From NCBI GenBank assembly GCA_965237415.1, contig CBDEFM010000001.1, positions 480,001-544,000 of the forward strand: 64,000 nt of DNA, read 5' to 3'. The stretch's first letter is position 1. Every line of letters starts with the position of its first letter. Shown piece by piece: positions 55,154-64,000 of the stretch. The position numbers and the translations under genes were made by a program. Origin of the DNA: Alphaproteobacteria bacterium (lineage in GTDB: Bacteria; Pseudomonadota; Alphaproteobacteria; UBA828). Below the pieces are notes generated by a model that ran no database searches, was not told where the DNA came from, and saw only the letters and a list, made by a program, of their open reading frames with translations.

Positions 55154-56576
55154 ATGAGCGATCGTCGCGCCGGCGAGAAGGTCGAGGGGCCCCGGACGCC
55201 GCCGAGCAACCTTGAGGCCGAGCAGGCGCTTCTCGGGGCGCTTCCCGTCAACAACGAAGCCATCCATCTGGTCGCCACCTTCCTCGAGCCGGAACACTTC
55301 TTCCTGCCGGTGCATGGCCGCATCTACTCCGCCGTGATGCACATGGTCGGGCGCCGGGAAGTCGCGACCCCGGTGACGCTCAAGACCTACTTCGAGAACG
55401 ACGAGGCGCTGAAGGAGGCCAGCGGCGGACAGTATATCGCGCGGCTCGCCGGCTCGGCGGTGACGGTCATCAACGCCGAGCACTATGGCCGCACCATCCA
55501 CGATCTGCATGTGCGCCGGGGACTCATCGGCGTCGCCGAGGACATGCGTGCGGGACATCGCCTACGACGCGCCCCTCGATCAGCCGCCGGCCGAACAGGT
55601 CGAGCGCGCGGAGTCCAAGCTGCACGAGCTCCTCGAGGGCGCGCCAGGAACGCACTCGGAGCGCCGCACGATCGGCACCGCTGCGCGCGAGGCCACGGCC
55701 GGCATCGAGAGAGCCTTCCAGGCCGATGGCGCGCTCCTGGGGCTCCCTTTGGGCATCAAGGTCATCGAAAACCGCCTCGGCGGCCTCCAGGCGCCCGACA
55801 TGACCGTGGTCGGCGGGCGCCCGGGCATGGGCAAGACCGGCTTGGCGCTCGGGGTTGCCCTGGCAGCGGTCGAGGCCGGCCACCACATCCTCTACGCCAG
55901 CCCCGAAATGTCGGCCGAACAGCTCGGCAAGCGCGCGCTCTCGATCCTCACCGGCACCTCGCACTACCTCTTGCAGCAGGGCCAGATCGAGCAGCACGAC
56001 TTCCAGGCGGTCTACAAGGCGTCGCAGCGGCTCAAGGACATGCCGCTCCTCATCGACGATGCCGGGGGCCAGACGCCCGACTACATCGAGCGCAGCGCCC
56101 GCCGGCTGCACCGCCAGGGTCGCCTTGAGCTTCTGATCGTCGATCACCTGCAACTCATGCGCTCGCCGCGCGAGACAAGGGTGCAGGGGCGGGTCCACCA
56201 GATTACCGACTTCACGATGCGCATGAAGGCGCTCGCCAAGGAGCTCGACATCCCCGTGCTCCTGCTCTCGCAACTGAACCGAGCGGGCGAGCGCACCGAC
56301 AACAAGGTGCCGCAATTGGCGGACTTGCGGGACTCGGGCTCCATCGAACAGGACGCCGACACGATCCTGTTTCTCTTCCGAGAAGCGTACTATTTGGCGA
56401 AGGAAGAGCCAGCCGAAGATGACGTGGTAAAGCACAAAGAGTGGCAGGAAATGATGGCAAGGGCGCGGAATAAAGGCGACGTGTTTGTCGCGAAAAACCG
56501 CCACGGCCCGACCATGAAAATCACGCTCCGCTGGGTAGGTGAAACCATGAGCTATCGGGACTTATTGAGCGACTAG
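55154..56576 (+). pseudogene. dnaB: phage-type replicative DNA helicase DnaB, frameshifted near 55545
   Basis: N-domain PSNLEAEQALLG in one frame; GRPGMGKT, LSQLNR and LRDSGSIEQDAD in another. Confidence 0.88.
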
Positions 56577-56587
56577 GAGACAGGGCC

Positions 56588-57387
56588 ATGAGCATTCGTG
56601 TGATGACACAGGTTTGGGACTACGGACAGTACAACGGAAGCAAGCTGCTTCTACTGCTCGCGCTCGCCGACTTCGCCCACGATGACGGTGGCAACGTCTA
56701 CCCGAGCGTGGACACCCTGGCGCAGAAGACCCGCTGCGATCGACGCACCGTGCAACGGAACCTCCGGCAGCTCGAAGGCGAGGGCGCGATCCTGCTGGTC
56801 AGGCCGGCGACGCGGCATGGCCCAGCCGAGTATCAGATAGGGGCGGCATTTTGCCGCCCCTCAGAGGGTCAGGGGCGGCATCCTGTCCCTTTAGGGGCGG
56901 CATCTGATCCGAATCAGGGGCGGCGTGACGCCGCCCAACCCGCTAGTAAAGAACCACCAAAAGAATCCATCAACGCGCGCGAGCGCGCGCGCGCGAGAGA
57001 GCGGGTGGTAGAGGAAGAATTCGAAAATTGGTATCAGCACTACCCCAGGAAGGTTTCGCGCGGCGCGGCCGAAGACCCGTTCGGCAAGGCGCGGGTGGAC
57101 GGCGGCGTGAGCCTTGAGATTCTGATCGAGGCGACGAAGCACTAGGCGGCGTGAGCCTTGAGATTCTGATCGAGGCGACGAAGCACTACGCGGCCCAGAT
57201 GGCGGGGAAGGACTCTCAATACATCAAGCATCCGGCGACGTGGCTGAACGGGAAGTGCTGGCTCGACGACCCGAGCCCGCTGTCTCAGACCGGGCTCACA
57301 TGCTGGCAAAAGCGCCACATCGACGAAAGCGCGAGGGGAGAGCGATATGGTGAGGAAGTCGATTTGGGCAACAATGGGGGGCAATGA
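56588..57387 (+). pseudogene. phage replication initiator (N-terminal HTH) broken by a 44-bp tandem duplication
   Basis: LLLLALADFA..YPSVDTLA HTH, YPRK and C-terminal YIKHPATWLN; 57101-57144 duplicated at 57145-57188 creates a TAG. Confidence 0.8.
56839..56936. repeat. iteron-like AGGGGCGGC repeats inside the initiator gene
   Basis: Copies at 56839, 56871, 56893 and 56916; the first and last have inverted partners. Confidence 0.7.
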
Positions 57388-57511
57388 GGCTCAAAGATGG
57401 TTATTACCAATTTGGTAAAATCCTCCCATCTAACTGTGTTGCCTTGCGCGTTCCAGGGTATTAGCGTCTCGTGATTCGTTCGGTGAGAGACACAGCGATT
57501 CGGGAGCACCC

Positions 57512-59053
57512 ATGACCCTCGGCGACAGTCGCGTCGGAATTGACTTCAACCCCAGCGGCTCCAAGACGATCGCGGACCTGAAGCGCCGCGCGGCGGACTT
57601 CATCGACGCGGTAGACGCGATCGAGCTCCTCGGCGAGGCTCCCGGCGAGATCGCCCGGCTGAAGGCCCTGGCGATGACCGAGATCGAGTCCGCCGCCATG
57701 TGGGCGGTCAAGGCCGCCGCGCGGTCAGGGGCCGCGTCACGGCTCCCCGGTGTGGCGGCGCGGATTGCGACCACGCTACGGTCATTCTGCGAGGCGGTGG
57801 GCTGGCCACGTCTGCGGCGCTTGTCGGACGCGATCGCGCGCGTCCGTGAGAGCGAGCGCCGGGCGGCGGCAGCGCCCAAGCCGGCGCCCGCACCCGGCCC
57901 GGCCCTCACCGCCGACCCGCAAGGCGAGATTCACCTCGCTGTCACATGGCAACGAGAAATCGACGACAGCGGCGGCAAATATCCGCCGGCCGAGAGCGGC
58001 GGCAAATATCCGCCGGCCGAGAGCGCCGGCGGCTGGCTCTACGGCACGAGCGACGACCCCCGCCTAGCGATCACGTTGGCGTGGACCGAGGCCAAGTTCG
58101 ACCGGAGCACGAGGGAGAATTACGAGACCCTCCACTTCGTCACCGCGATCGGCGAAGTTGAGGGCAAGACGCTCTTCGTGAGCGGCAGGTGCGTCGGCCG
58201 CGTGACCTACAGCAACATTCCTTGCGATGCACAACTCTATCACGAAGTCCACGGCGCGCTGAAGGAAGATCACGGAGGCGGCTTCTTCACCAGCCAGACG
58301 ACCCAGGTCATCGTCGCATTCAGACGCGGCGACGAGCACATGCAGCAGTCTCCCCAGGGCGACCTGTTCAGTGCCCCTCCCGAGCCGCTGGCCGAGCGGT
58401 ACGAGCTAGACGAGGCTTGGCAGACAACGGCCTTCTCCATCGCCTACGGCGGCGAGGCGGCGGCAGACAGGGTCGGCGAGGACACCGAGGCCGAACACGG
58501 CACGGCGCTCGCGTGGGACGAGGACAGCGTGATGACCTCGTGCCCGCGCGGGTGCTGCCTCGTGGAGGCCCCATTGATCACCCCGCTTCACCTCCTGCGC
58601 GGCATGCCACCCGCCATCAAAGGTCGCTCCGTCGACTTCCCGACCTTCCGGCGCCTCGTGAGCCAGTGGGCGCGGGAACAAGGCACCGTGCTCGGCTCAT
58701 GGATGCGCCGCGCCGTGCGGCCGAGCTTGCCGGCGGGTCGGTCTACTTCGTGGTCAAGGGTGAGACGCTGTTCCGAATGCCCTTCGACGGCCTGGAGCCG
58801 GTGCGAGACGGCTTCCCGGACGCGCCCGCCCGCTTCCTCGATCACACCGCCATCATCTGCGCGCCACGCGTCGTCATGGTCGAGGCATACAAGGTTCGCC
58901 GCCTGTGCGGTTGGCGCTACCTCGACGACGCGGACGCCCCGCCCGACCTCGACGCGCCCGACCTGGGGCCCGCGCTCGACGCCGCCCCGCCACCGCCTGC
59001 GATGGCCCGCGAACTCCGCGAGCTTGGCCTCGCCTGAGCGCCCCCCTGATTAG
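57512..59053 (+). CDS. composite/degenerate phage ORF with N-terminal Acb2/Tad1-like helical domain
   Basis: First ~70 aa RVGIDFNPSG...ARLKALAMTEIESAAMWAVKA. The rest looks like fused remnants, including a 27-bp duplication at 57968-58021. Confidence 0.45.
   Translation: MTLGDSRVGIDFNPSGSKTIADLKRRAADFIDAVDAIELLGEAPGEIARLKALAMTEIESAAMWAVKAAARSGAASRLPGVAARIATTLRSFCEAVGWPRLRRLSDAIARVRESERRAAAAPKPAPAPGPALTADPQGEIHLAVTWQREIDDSGGKYPPAESGGKYPPAESAGGWLYGTSDDPRLAITLAWTEAKFDRSTRENYETLHFVTAIGEVEGKTLFVSGRCVGRVTYSNIPCDAQLYHEVHGALKEDHGGGFFTSQTTQVIVAFRRGDEHMQQSPQGDLFSAPPEPLAERYELDEAWQTTAFSIAYGGEAAADRVGEDTEAEHGTALAWDEDSVMTSCPRGCCLVEAPLITPLHLLRGMPPAIKGRSVDFPTFRRLVSQWAREQGTVLGSWMRRAVRPSLPAGRSTSWSRVRRCSECPSTAWSRCETASRTRPPASSITPPSSARHASSWSRHTRFAACAVGATSTTRTPRPTSTRPTWGPRSTPPRHRLRWPANSASLASPERPPD
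58574..59037 (+). pseudogene. island-borne DUF1489-like gene, frameshift near 58700
   Basis: TTG after GGAGG gives ITPLHLLRG; the second frame has PRRAAELAGGSVYFVVKG, GWRYL and ELRELGLA, matching the host gene at 44897. Confidence 0.7.
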
Positions 59054-59818
59054 GTTCGCGCAACACCCACCGCCCGCCTCACCCGCCCCGCACAGCCCCC
59101 ACCAACCCCGCGCATAGCGGCGATGACCCTCCCCACCATCCACCCATCACCAACCGTCCAAAGCCACCTCAAACCGCAGCGTGTCGGCACCCCTGCATCT
59201 ACAGCCCACGATCCCCGCGGAAACACCGGCTATCCCGATGGTGACGCCAGCCTTGCCCGATCACGGACGGCCGGTGACGCCGAATGCAGCCTCACCGAAG
59301 CCGGGGCCGCATCGACAGACACAAGAACGCGGCATCGTCGCGCCACCGTCGCGTCATGCACCCGGCGCGCAGCGTGCAGCGCAGCATCAGAGCCGCGACT
59401 ACCACATCTAGCGGGTCCGCCTCCCCATAATCGCGAAAACGGTCTAAGCTATTGATCTACCGGAATTCTCAATTTACCAGAATGAACGTTATGCGAATCC
59501 GCAGCACCTCGACCCCGCGCTCGACGCATGGCACCTCGACGGGTGCGGAGCCAGCCAGCCGGGCTCATGGCGGCGCCTCGACGGTGAGCCTCGACGACCG
59601 CTGCCGCTCACCCTCAAGCCTGGGGTGCCACGGTGACGCCCCAGCGCAGGAAGCCCACGGCCAGCGCGGGGTTGAGCGCCGCAGCGCCCCCTTGGCCGGC
59701 CCATCCAGCGCGCGCTCGACCGGCCAGCCGCGCAGCAAGGGGGGGGGTGCCAGCCGCCGGCCGCCGGCCGCATTGTGTCGGGTCACCACACACTCCAGCG
59801 CCACTATCGCCCATTGGA

Positions 59819-59880
59819 TGGACAATAATGGGTGGACAAAATAGGATGGACATATATGGACAGGGGCGGAGGGGTGGACA
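59819..59880. repeat. five TGGACA direct repeats
   Basis: Copies at 59819, 59833, 59847, 59857 and 59875 in an AT-richer patch. Confidence 0.75.
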
Positions 59881-60184
59881 AAAAAATGCAATGGGTGGCA
59901 CCACCGACGGGTTCGGCGGCTGACCGTGTTCTCGACAACCTGGGCCGGATACGGAAGGCGGATTGGGAGCGGGCGTGCCGTTGGTGTCCGGGGTGGGTCG
60001 TGGCCGGGACGAAGATGCTGGCCGACCAGGCGGCCGGGCAGCGATGAGCGGCTGTGGTGGTATCTGCCGGTTCTAGAGGCTCAGAATTGACCCGTTACCC
60101 GGATTTTAGACCGCCCGTTCTGAGAAAATTCTCGGTTAGGTTTTCGTTAATCGCCCGGTGGGGGCAGGTCAATCGTCGACGAGT

Positions 60185-61018
60185 TCAATCGGCTCTCTCT
60201 TCTCCATCGCGCGTAACGCAGTGGACGATCTCGGAAGTCACGCAGACGACCATGCCGCGCTCTGCGCCGCTCATGTCGAGGTAGGCGCGGACCTGGGCGC
60301 GGTAGTGCTCGAGGGTCTCGGGCGAAGGGTCCACGTCGCTCTTCCAGTCGATCACCACCTGTGGCACGCCGTCCGCATCGAAGGCTATGGCGTCGACAAA
60401 TCCTGCCGCCGCTTCCTCGTGCGTGTCAGTCATAGTCGACCCGTAGACCGGGAACTCCGGGGTAAGGCCCGGCCTGAGGTCGGCGATCTCGGGCAGCACC
60501 AGTGCGCGGACGACGCAGCCGGCGAGCTCGGCTGGCGCCAGTCCATTGGCGGGATCGTCTACCACAGGAAGGTCCAGGGCGCGGATCAGCCTTTCGGCGC
60601 GGGCGACGACTGCCGGCATCGCCTCTGCCGTCTCGCCGGTGAGAACCTCCTCGATCAGCTTGTGCAGGATGGTGCCGCGCTCGCGCCCGCCCTGAATCGT
60701 GGCAGCGGCAGCGCCGTCCGCCGGCGCGCCGTCGCCGTCGGTCGCGAGGATCGTCCGCGCTTCCTCCCGCAGCACCGGCTGGGCGGTGCCCTCGTCCCGG
60801 CTCGGCGCTCGCCAGACGATGCGCCGATGACGCGCCGCGATCGCGGCCGCCTCGGCGGCGAAGACCCCGCGCGTCTGTTCGTTCTCCGCCGCGGCATCAC
60901 CTGCGCCCACCTCGGGCGAATGATGCTCCAGGTCGAGAGCGGGCAGTGAGGGCAGCGCGAGATCGACGAGCGATATCCAGGCTGTCCCTCGGGGTTCAAC
61001 ATCGAGGCGCGGCAGAAC
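60185..61018 (-). pseudogene. C-terminal PD-(D/E)XK nuclease portion of a UvrD/AddA-like helicase-nuclease, 5'-truncated
   Basis: RGTILHKLIEE, PEFPVY, VDAI, VIDWKS and QVRAY; the frame extends to 61018 without a proper start. Confidence 0.75.
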
Positions 61019-61019
61019 C

Positions 61020-61045
61020 TGTCAACGGCGGAGAGAAACAGTCGA
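61020..61045 (+). mobile_element. IS21-family-like terminal repeat remnant
   Basis: TGTCAACGGCGGAGAGAAA starts where the nuclease frame is cut; no istA/istB follow. Confidence 0.5.
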
Positions 61046-61234
61046 ATTCAGCGACCGGGACACGCGTAGCCCACTGGAGACAAACGTAGCCTAACCGACT
61101 GTAGTCATTCAGATATTCCTTGGATGTCTGGCCTCCTACCCCTTGCATCGGTGACAGACACAGGCCTAATATTGCCACCGATATGATGCCGCGTGTGTGC
61201 GGTTTGATGACGGGTTTTGGAACGAGGGCAGGCC

Positions 61235-62419
61235 ATGCCGAGGCGAAGCACGGTCAAACTGACCAGGCGCAGCATCGACCGGTTGACGGTCGCCGACAAG
61301 GATGCCGTCTTCTGGGACCGGGACCTCCCCGGCTTCGGAGTCCGGGTCCATGCTACAGGGCGCAAGGTCTATGTGGTCCAGTCCCGGGGCCCGGCCGGCC
61401 TGAAGCGAGTCACCCTCGGACCCTATGCCGCCATCTCGATCGAAGACAGGAGACGTCAGGCGGCAGAGGTCATCGACCGCATCAAGCGCGGCGACGATCC
61501 GCTGCCGCCGGAGCCTGCGCCCGAGCCCACGGTCGCCGATCTGGCGGCCCGCTGTCTGTCCGTCCATTTCGGTGTCAGGTGCAGGCCGGTAACGGCCAAG
61601 GCCTACAAGATGGCCCTCGACCTTCATGTTCTTCCTGTCTTCGGGGCAATGCCGCTGAAGGAGGTCGGTCCCGAGGAGGTCGCCGCGCTCCACCACCGGA
61701 TGCGCGACAAGCCATCGATGGCCAACCGGGCGGTGTGGGTGTTGTCCAGGCTGTTCGTCCTGGCCGAGACCTGGGAGATGGTGCCGCCCGGCCAAAACCC
61801 TTGCCGGCATGTCCGCAACTATCGCGAGAAATCCCGCGAGCGATTCCTGACGCCCGAGGAGTTCCGGCGCCTCAGGACGGCATTTCGGAAGTTCGAGGCC
61901 GCGGGTTCGATGCAGCCATCGGCGATCGCGGCGTTGCGCCTGCTGATGCTCACCGGCTGCCGGGCAGGCGAGATCCTGTCGCTGCAATGGGACGACATCG
62001 ACCGCACGGCGGGCGTGTTGCGGCTGCGAGACAGCAAGACCGGCCCGCGCATGGTGCCGCTGACCGGTCCGGCGCTGGCGGTGCTCGACGGCATCGAGCG
62101 GATCGAGGGCATTCCCTGGGTCATCCGCAGCAACAAGCCCGATGCCCACCTGACCAACCTCTTCTCGCACTGGCAGCGGATACGGGAGGAGGCCGGTCTC
62201 CACGATGTCCGCATCCATGACTTGAGGCACAGCTACGCCTCCCGGGCGCTGGCGCTCGGTGAGAGCCTGCCCGTGATCGGTCGGCTGCTGGGCCACAACA
62301 AGGTCGAAACCACCGCAAAATATGCCCACCTGATGCGCGATGCGGAAAAGGCCGCAGCCGCCCGCACCGGCGACAGCATCGGCGCCCACATCATGCCCCA
62401 GGACGCCGAGGCGGCGTAG
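61235..62419 (+). CDS. tyrosine recombinase/integrase with arm-binding domain
   Basis: WDRDLPGFGVRV arm domain; TGCR, KTG, HDLRH, LGH and KYAH catalytic motifs. Confidence 0.94.
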   Translation: MPRRSTVKLTRRSIDRLTVADKDAVFWDRDLPGFGVRVHATGRKVYVVQSRGPAGLKRVTLGPYAAISIEDRRRQAAEVIDRIKRGDDPLPPEPAPEPTVADLAARCLSVHFGVRCRPVTAKAYKMALDLHVLPVFGAMPLKEVGPEEVAALHHRMRDKPSMANRAVWVLSRLFVLAETWEMVPPGQNPCRHVRNYREKSRERFLTPEEFRRLRTAFRKFEAAGSMQPSAIAALRLLMLTGCRAGEILSLQWDDIDRTAGVLRLRDSKTGPRMVPLTGPALAVLDGIERIEGIPWVIRSNKPDAHLTNLFSHWQRIREEAGLHDVRIHDLRHSYASRALALGESLPVIGRLLGHNKVETTAKYAHLMRDAEKAAAARTGDSIGAHIMPQDAEAA

Positions 62420-62431
62420 GGACACTCAGCG

Positions 62432-63601
62432 ATGGCACTGCAACAGAAGATTCTTTCGAACCGCACCGTGGCGGTGCTTGAGGTGGCGCGCGACACGGTG
62501 TTCTGGGACCGGGAGCTCACCGGCTTCGGCGTCCGCGTCTATCCGACCGGCGGCAAGGTCTATATCGCCCAGGCTCGGGGGCCGGACGGGCCGAAGCGGG
62601 TCACCGTCGGGCGCCATGGCGTGATCGGCGCCGAACAGGCGCGCCGGCGAGCGGCGCTGATTATCGCGCGGATCAAGGCGGGCGAGGAGGCGGTCCCCCT
62701 GCCGCTTTCCGCCTTGGCGGCCGGCGGCCCGACCGTGGCCGACCTCGCCGCGCGCTATCTCGAAGAGCATGTCGCCGTGCGCGTGAAGCCCAAGACGGCC
62801 GCGAATGCCCGCATCGCGGTTCACAACCATATCCTGCCCGCTCTCGGCCGGCTGCCGCTCGCAGCGGTGGAGCGCGCCCAGGTCATCTACCTGCAACAGA
62901 AGATGTCCGGCAACCCGTCGGCGGCGAACACGGCCGTCAAGACCCTGTCGCACATGTACGGCCTGGGCGTGGGCTGGCGCATGGTGCCGGAAGGCTGCAA
63001 TCCGTGCCGGTCGGTCGCGAAATATCCCGAACGCAAGCGCGAACGCTTCCTGACCGACGCCGAGTTCACCCGCCTGGGGCGGGTGCTGGAGGACGCCGTC
63101 ACCCAGGGCAACGCATCGCCGACGACCGTAGCGGCGATCCGTCTCTTGATGCTGACCGGATGCCGGAAGAACGAAATCCTGACCCTGCGCTGGAAGGATG
63201 TCGACCTCGATGCCGGTGAGCTCAACCTGGCGGACGCCAAGACTGGCCCCCGCGCGGTCCAGTTGCCCCCGACCGCGGTCCGCATTCTCCAAACCCTGCC
63301 GCGCCGGATCCACAGTCCCTGGGTGTTTCCGGGCCGCGACCCGAAAGCACGTCTGAGCACTGTCAATCATCTCTGGCTCGCCGTCCGGGCGCGGGCCGGA
63401 CTGGAGGATGTCCGGCTGCACGATCTCCGCCATAGCTTCGCTTCCCGGGCGTTGGCGCTCGGCGAGACCCTGCCGGTCATCGGCAAGCTGCTCGGCCACA
63501 GCGACATCGAGACGACGGCCCGCTACGCCCATCTGGCGCGCGATTCCCTCCACGAAGCGGCGGACCGGATCGCCGACAGCATTGCAGCGGATGTCTTGTA
63601 G
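62432..63601 (+). CDS. tyrosine recombinase/integrase, tandem paralog
   Basis: WDRELTGFGVRV; TGCR, KTG, HDLRH, LGH and RYAH motifs. Confidence 0.94.
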   Translation: MALQQKILSNRTVAVLEVARDTVFWDRELTGFGVRVYPTGGKVYIAQARGPDGPKRVTVGRHGVIGAEQARRRAALIIARIKAGEEAVPLPLSALAAGGPTVADLAARYLEEHVAVRVKPKTAANARIAVHNHILPALGRLPLAAVERAQVIYLQQKMSGNPSAANTAVKTLSHMYGLGVGWRMVPEGCNPCRSVAKYPERKRERFLTDAEFTRLGRVLEDAVTQGNASPTTVAAIRLLMLTGCRKNEILTLRWKDVDLDAGELNLADAKTGPRAVQLPPTAVRILQTLPRRIHSPWVFPGRDPKARLSTVNHLWLAVRARAGLEDVRLHDLRHSFASRALALGETLPVIGKLLGHSDIETTARYAHLARDSLHEAADRIADSIAADVL

Positions 63602-63660
63602 GCGCATCGATTCCGGTGGCACGACAGTGCAGATTGCTCGTAAGCCATGGTCTGTCGACG

Positions 63661-63867
63661 CCTCATATCCACGACCTCGGGCACAGCTTCGCGTCACGAG
63701 CACTGGCTCTAGGCGAAAGTCTCACGATGATCGGGAAGCTATTGGGGCATACCCAAGTCCAGACCACCGCTCTCTACGCCCACCTTGCCCGGGATTCCAT
63801 TCAGACGGCGGCCGCGCGGATCACGGGGAGTATTTGGCGGGAACCTCCTGGTGAACCAGGGCGATGA
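63661..63867 (+). pseudogene. C-terminal remnant of a third integrase
   Basis: HIHDLGHSFASRALALGESLTMIGKLLGHTQVQTTALYAHL, with catalytic R replaced by G. Confidence 0.85.
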
Positions 63868-64000
63868 CCCAACGCCGCCTTTGAGGCCCCCTCCACGCGC
63901 GCTTGACCAATCCGCCCTGACTCTGTGTAACCCTTCGCTCAGGCAGTGATGTATCGCTAGATCAGGAGGACTGACATCGGCTGGATGCGCCTCAAATTGC

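Larger units (their letters stand above)
54975..64000. mobile_element. degraded prophage / integrative island (right end outside window)
   Basis: Starts at the tRNA fragment; contains phage-type replication genes, pseudogenes and integrases. Confidence 0.75.

Noticed and set aside
59060-59730. Short ORFs in the island interior
   Set aside because: No recognisable motifs or consistent coding frame; probably decayed sequence

Overview
GC-rich alphaproteobacterial (Rhodospirillales-like by gene order, an inference) chromosomal window. Positions 1-54950 are mostly metabolic and housekeeping genes: a RamB-like regulator with aceB-aceA, catabolic enzymes, rpiB-glyA-nrdR-ribD-ribE-ribB-ribH-nusB-thiL, gatCAB, clpSA, ndk, tadA, mccB-type carboxylase and an amide/urea-type ABC transporter. 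The standout accessory locus is an AT-richer insert at about 8100-10150. It carries a solitary group II-like reverse transcriptase with a YIDD motif (G2L4-like). Upstream on the same strand are a sigma70-type promoter and a ~570-nt structured leader with two identical 137-bp hairpin repeats and a long-range helix ending just before the RT ribosome-binding site. Other unexplained features are a dispersed composite repeat (10-bp-phased GGGAT arrays plus covarying hairpins, in permuted order at ~6.1 kb and ~47.9 kb), a 133-bp CTAG-ended MITE, a hidden small HTH-like ORF and a VapC toxin with an unusually large partner. From 54975 a decayed prophage or island starts at a 3' tRNA-Arg(TCT) att fragment. 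It holds a frameshifted DnaB, a broken initiator with iterons, an Acb2/Tad1-like domain, a DUF1489 paralog, an IS21-like end and tandem tyrosine integrases. All calls come from reading the sequence and recognising motifs; no searches were run.
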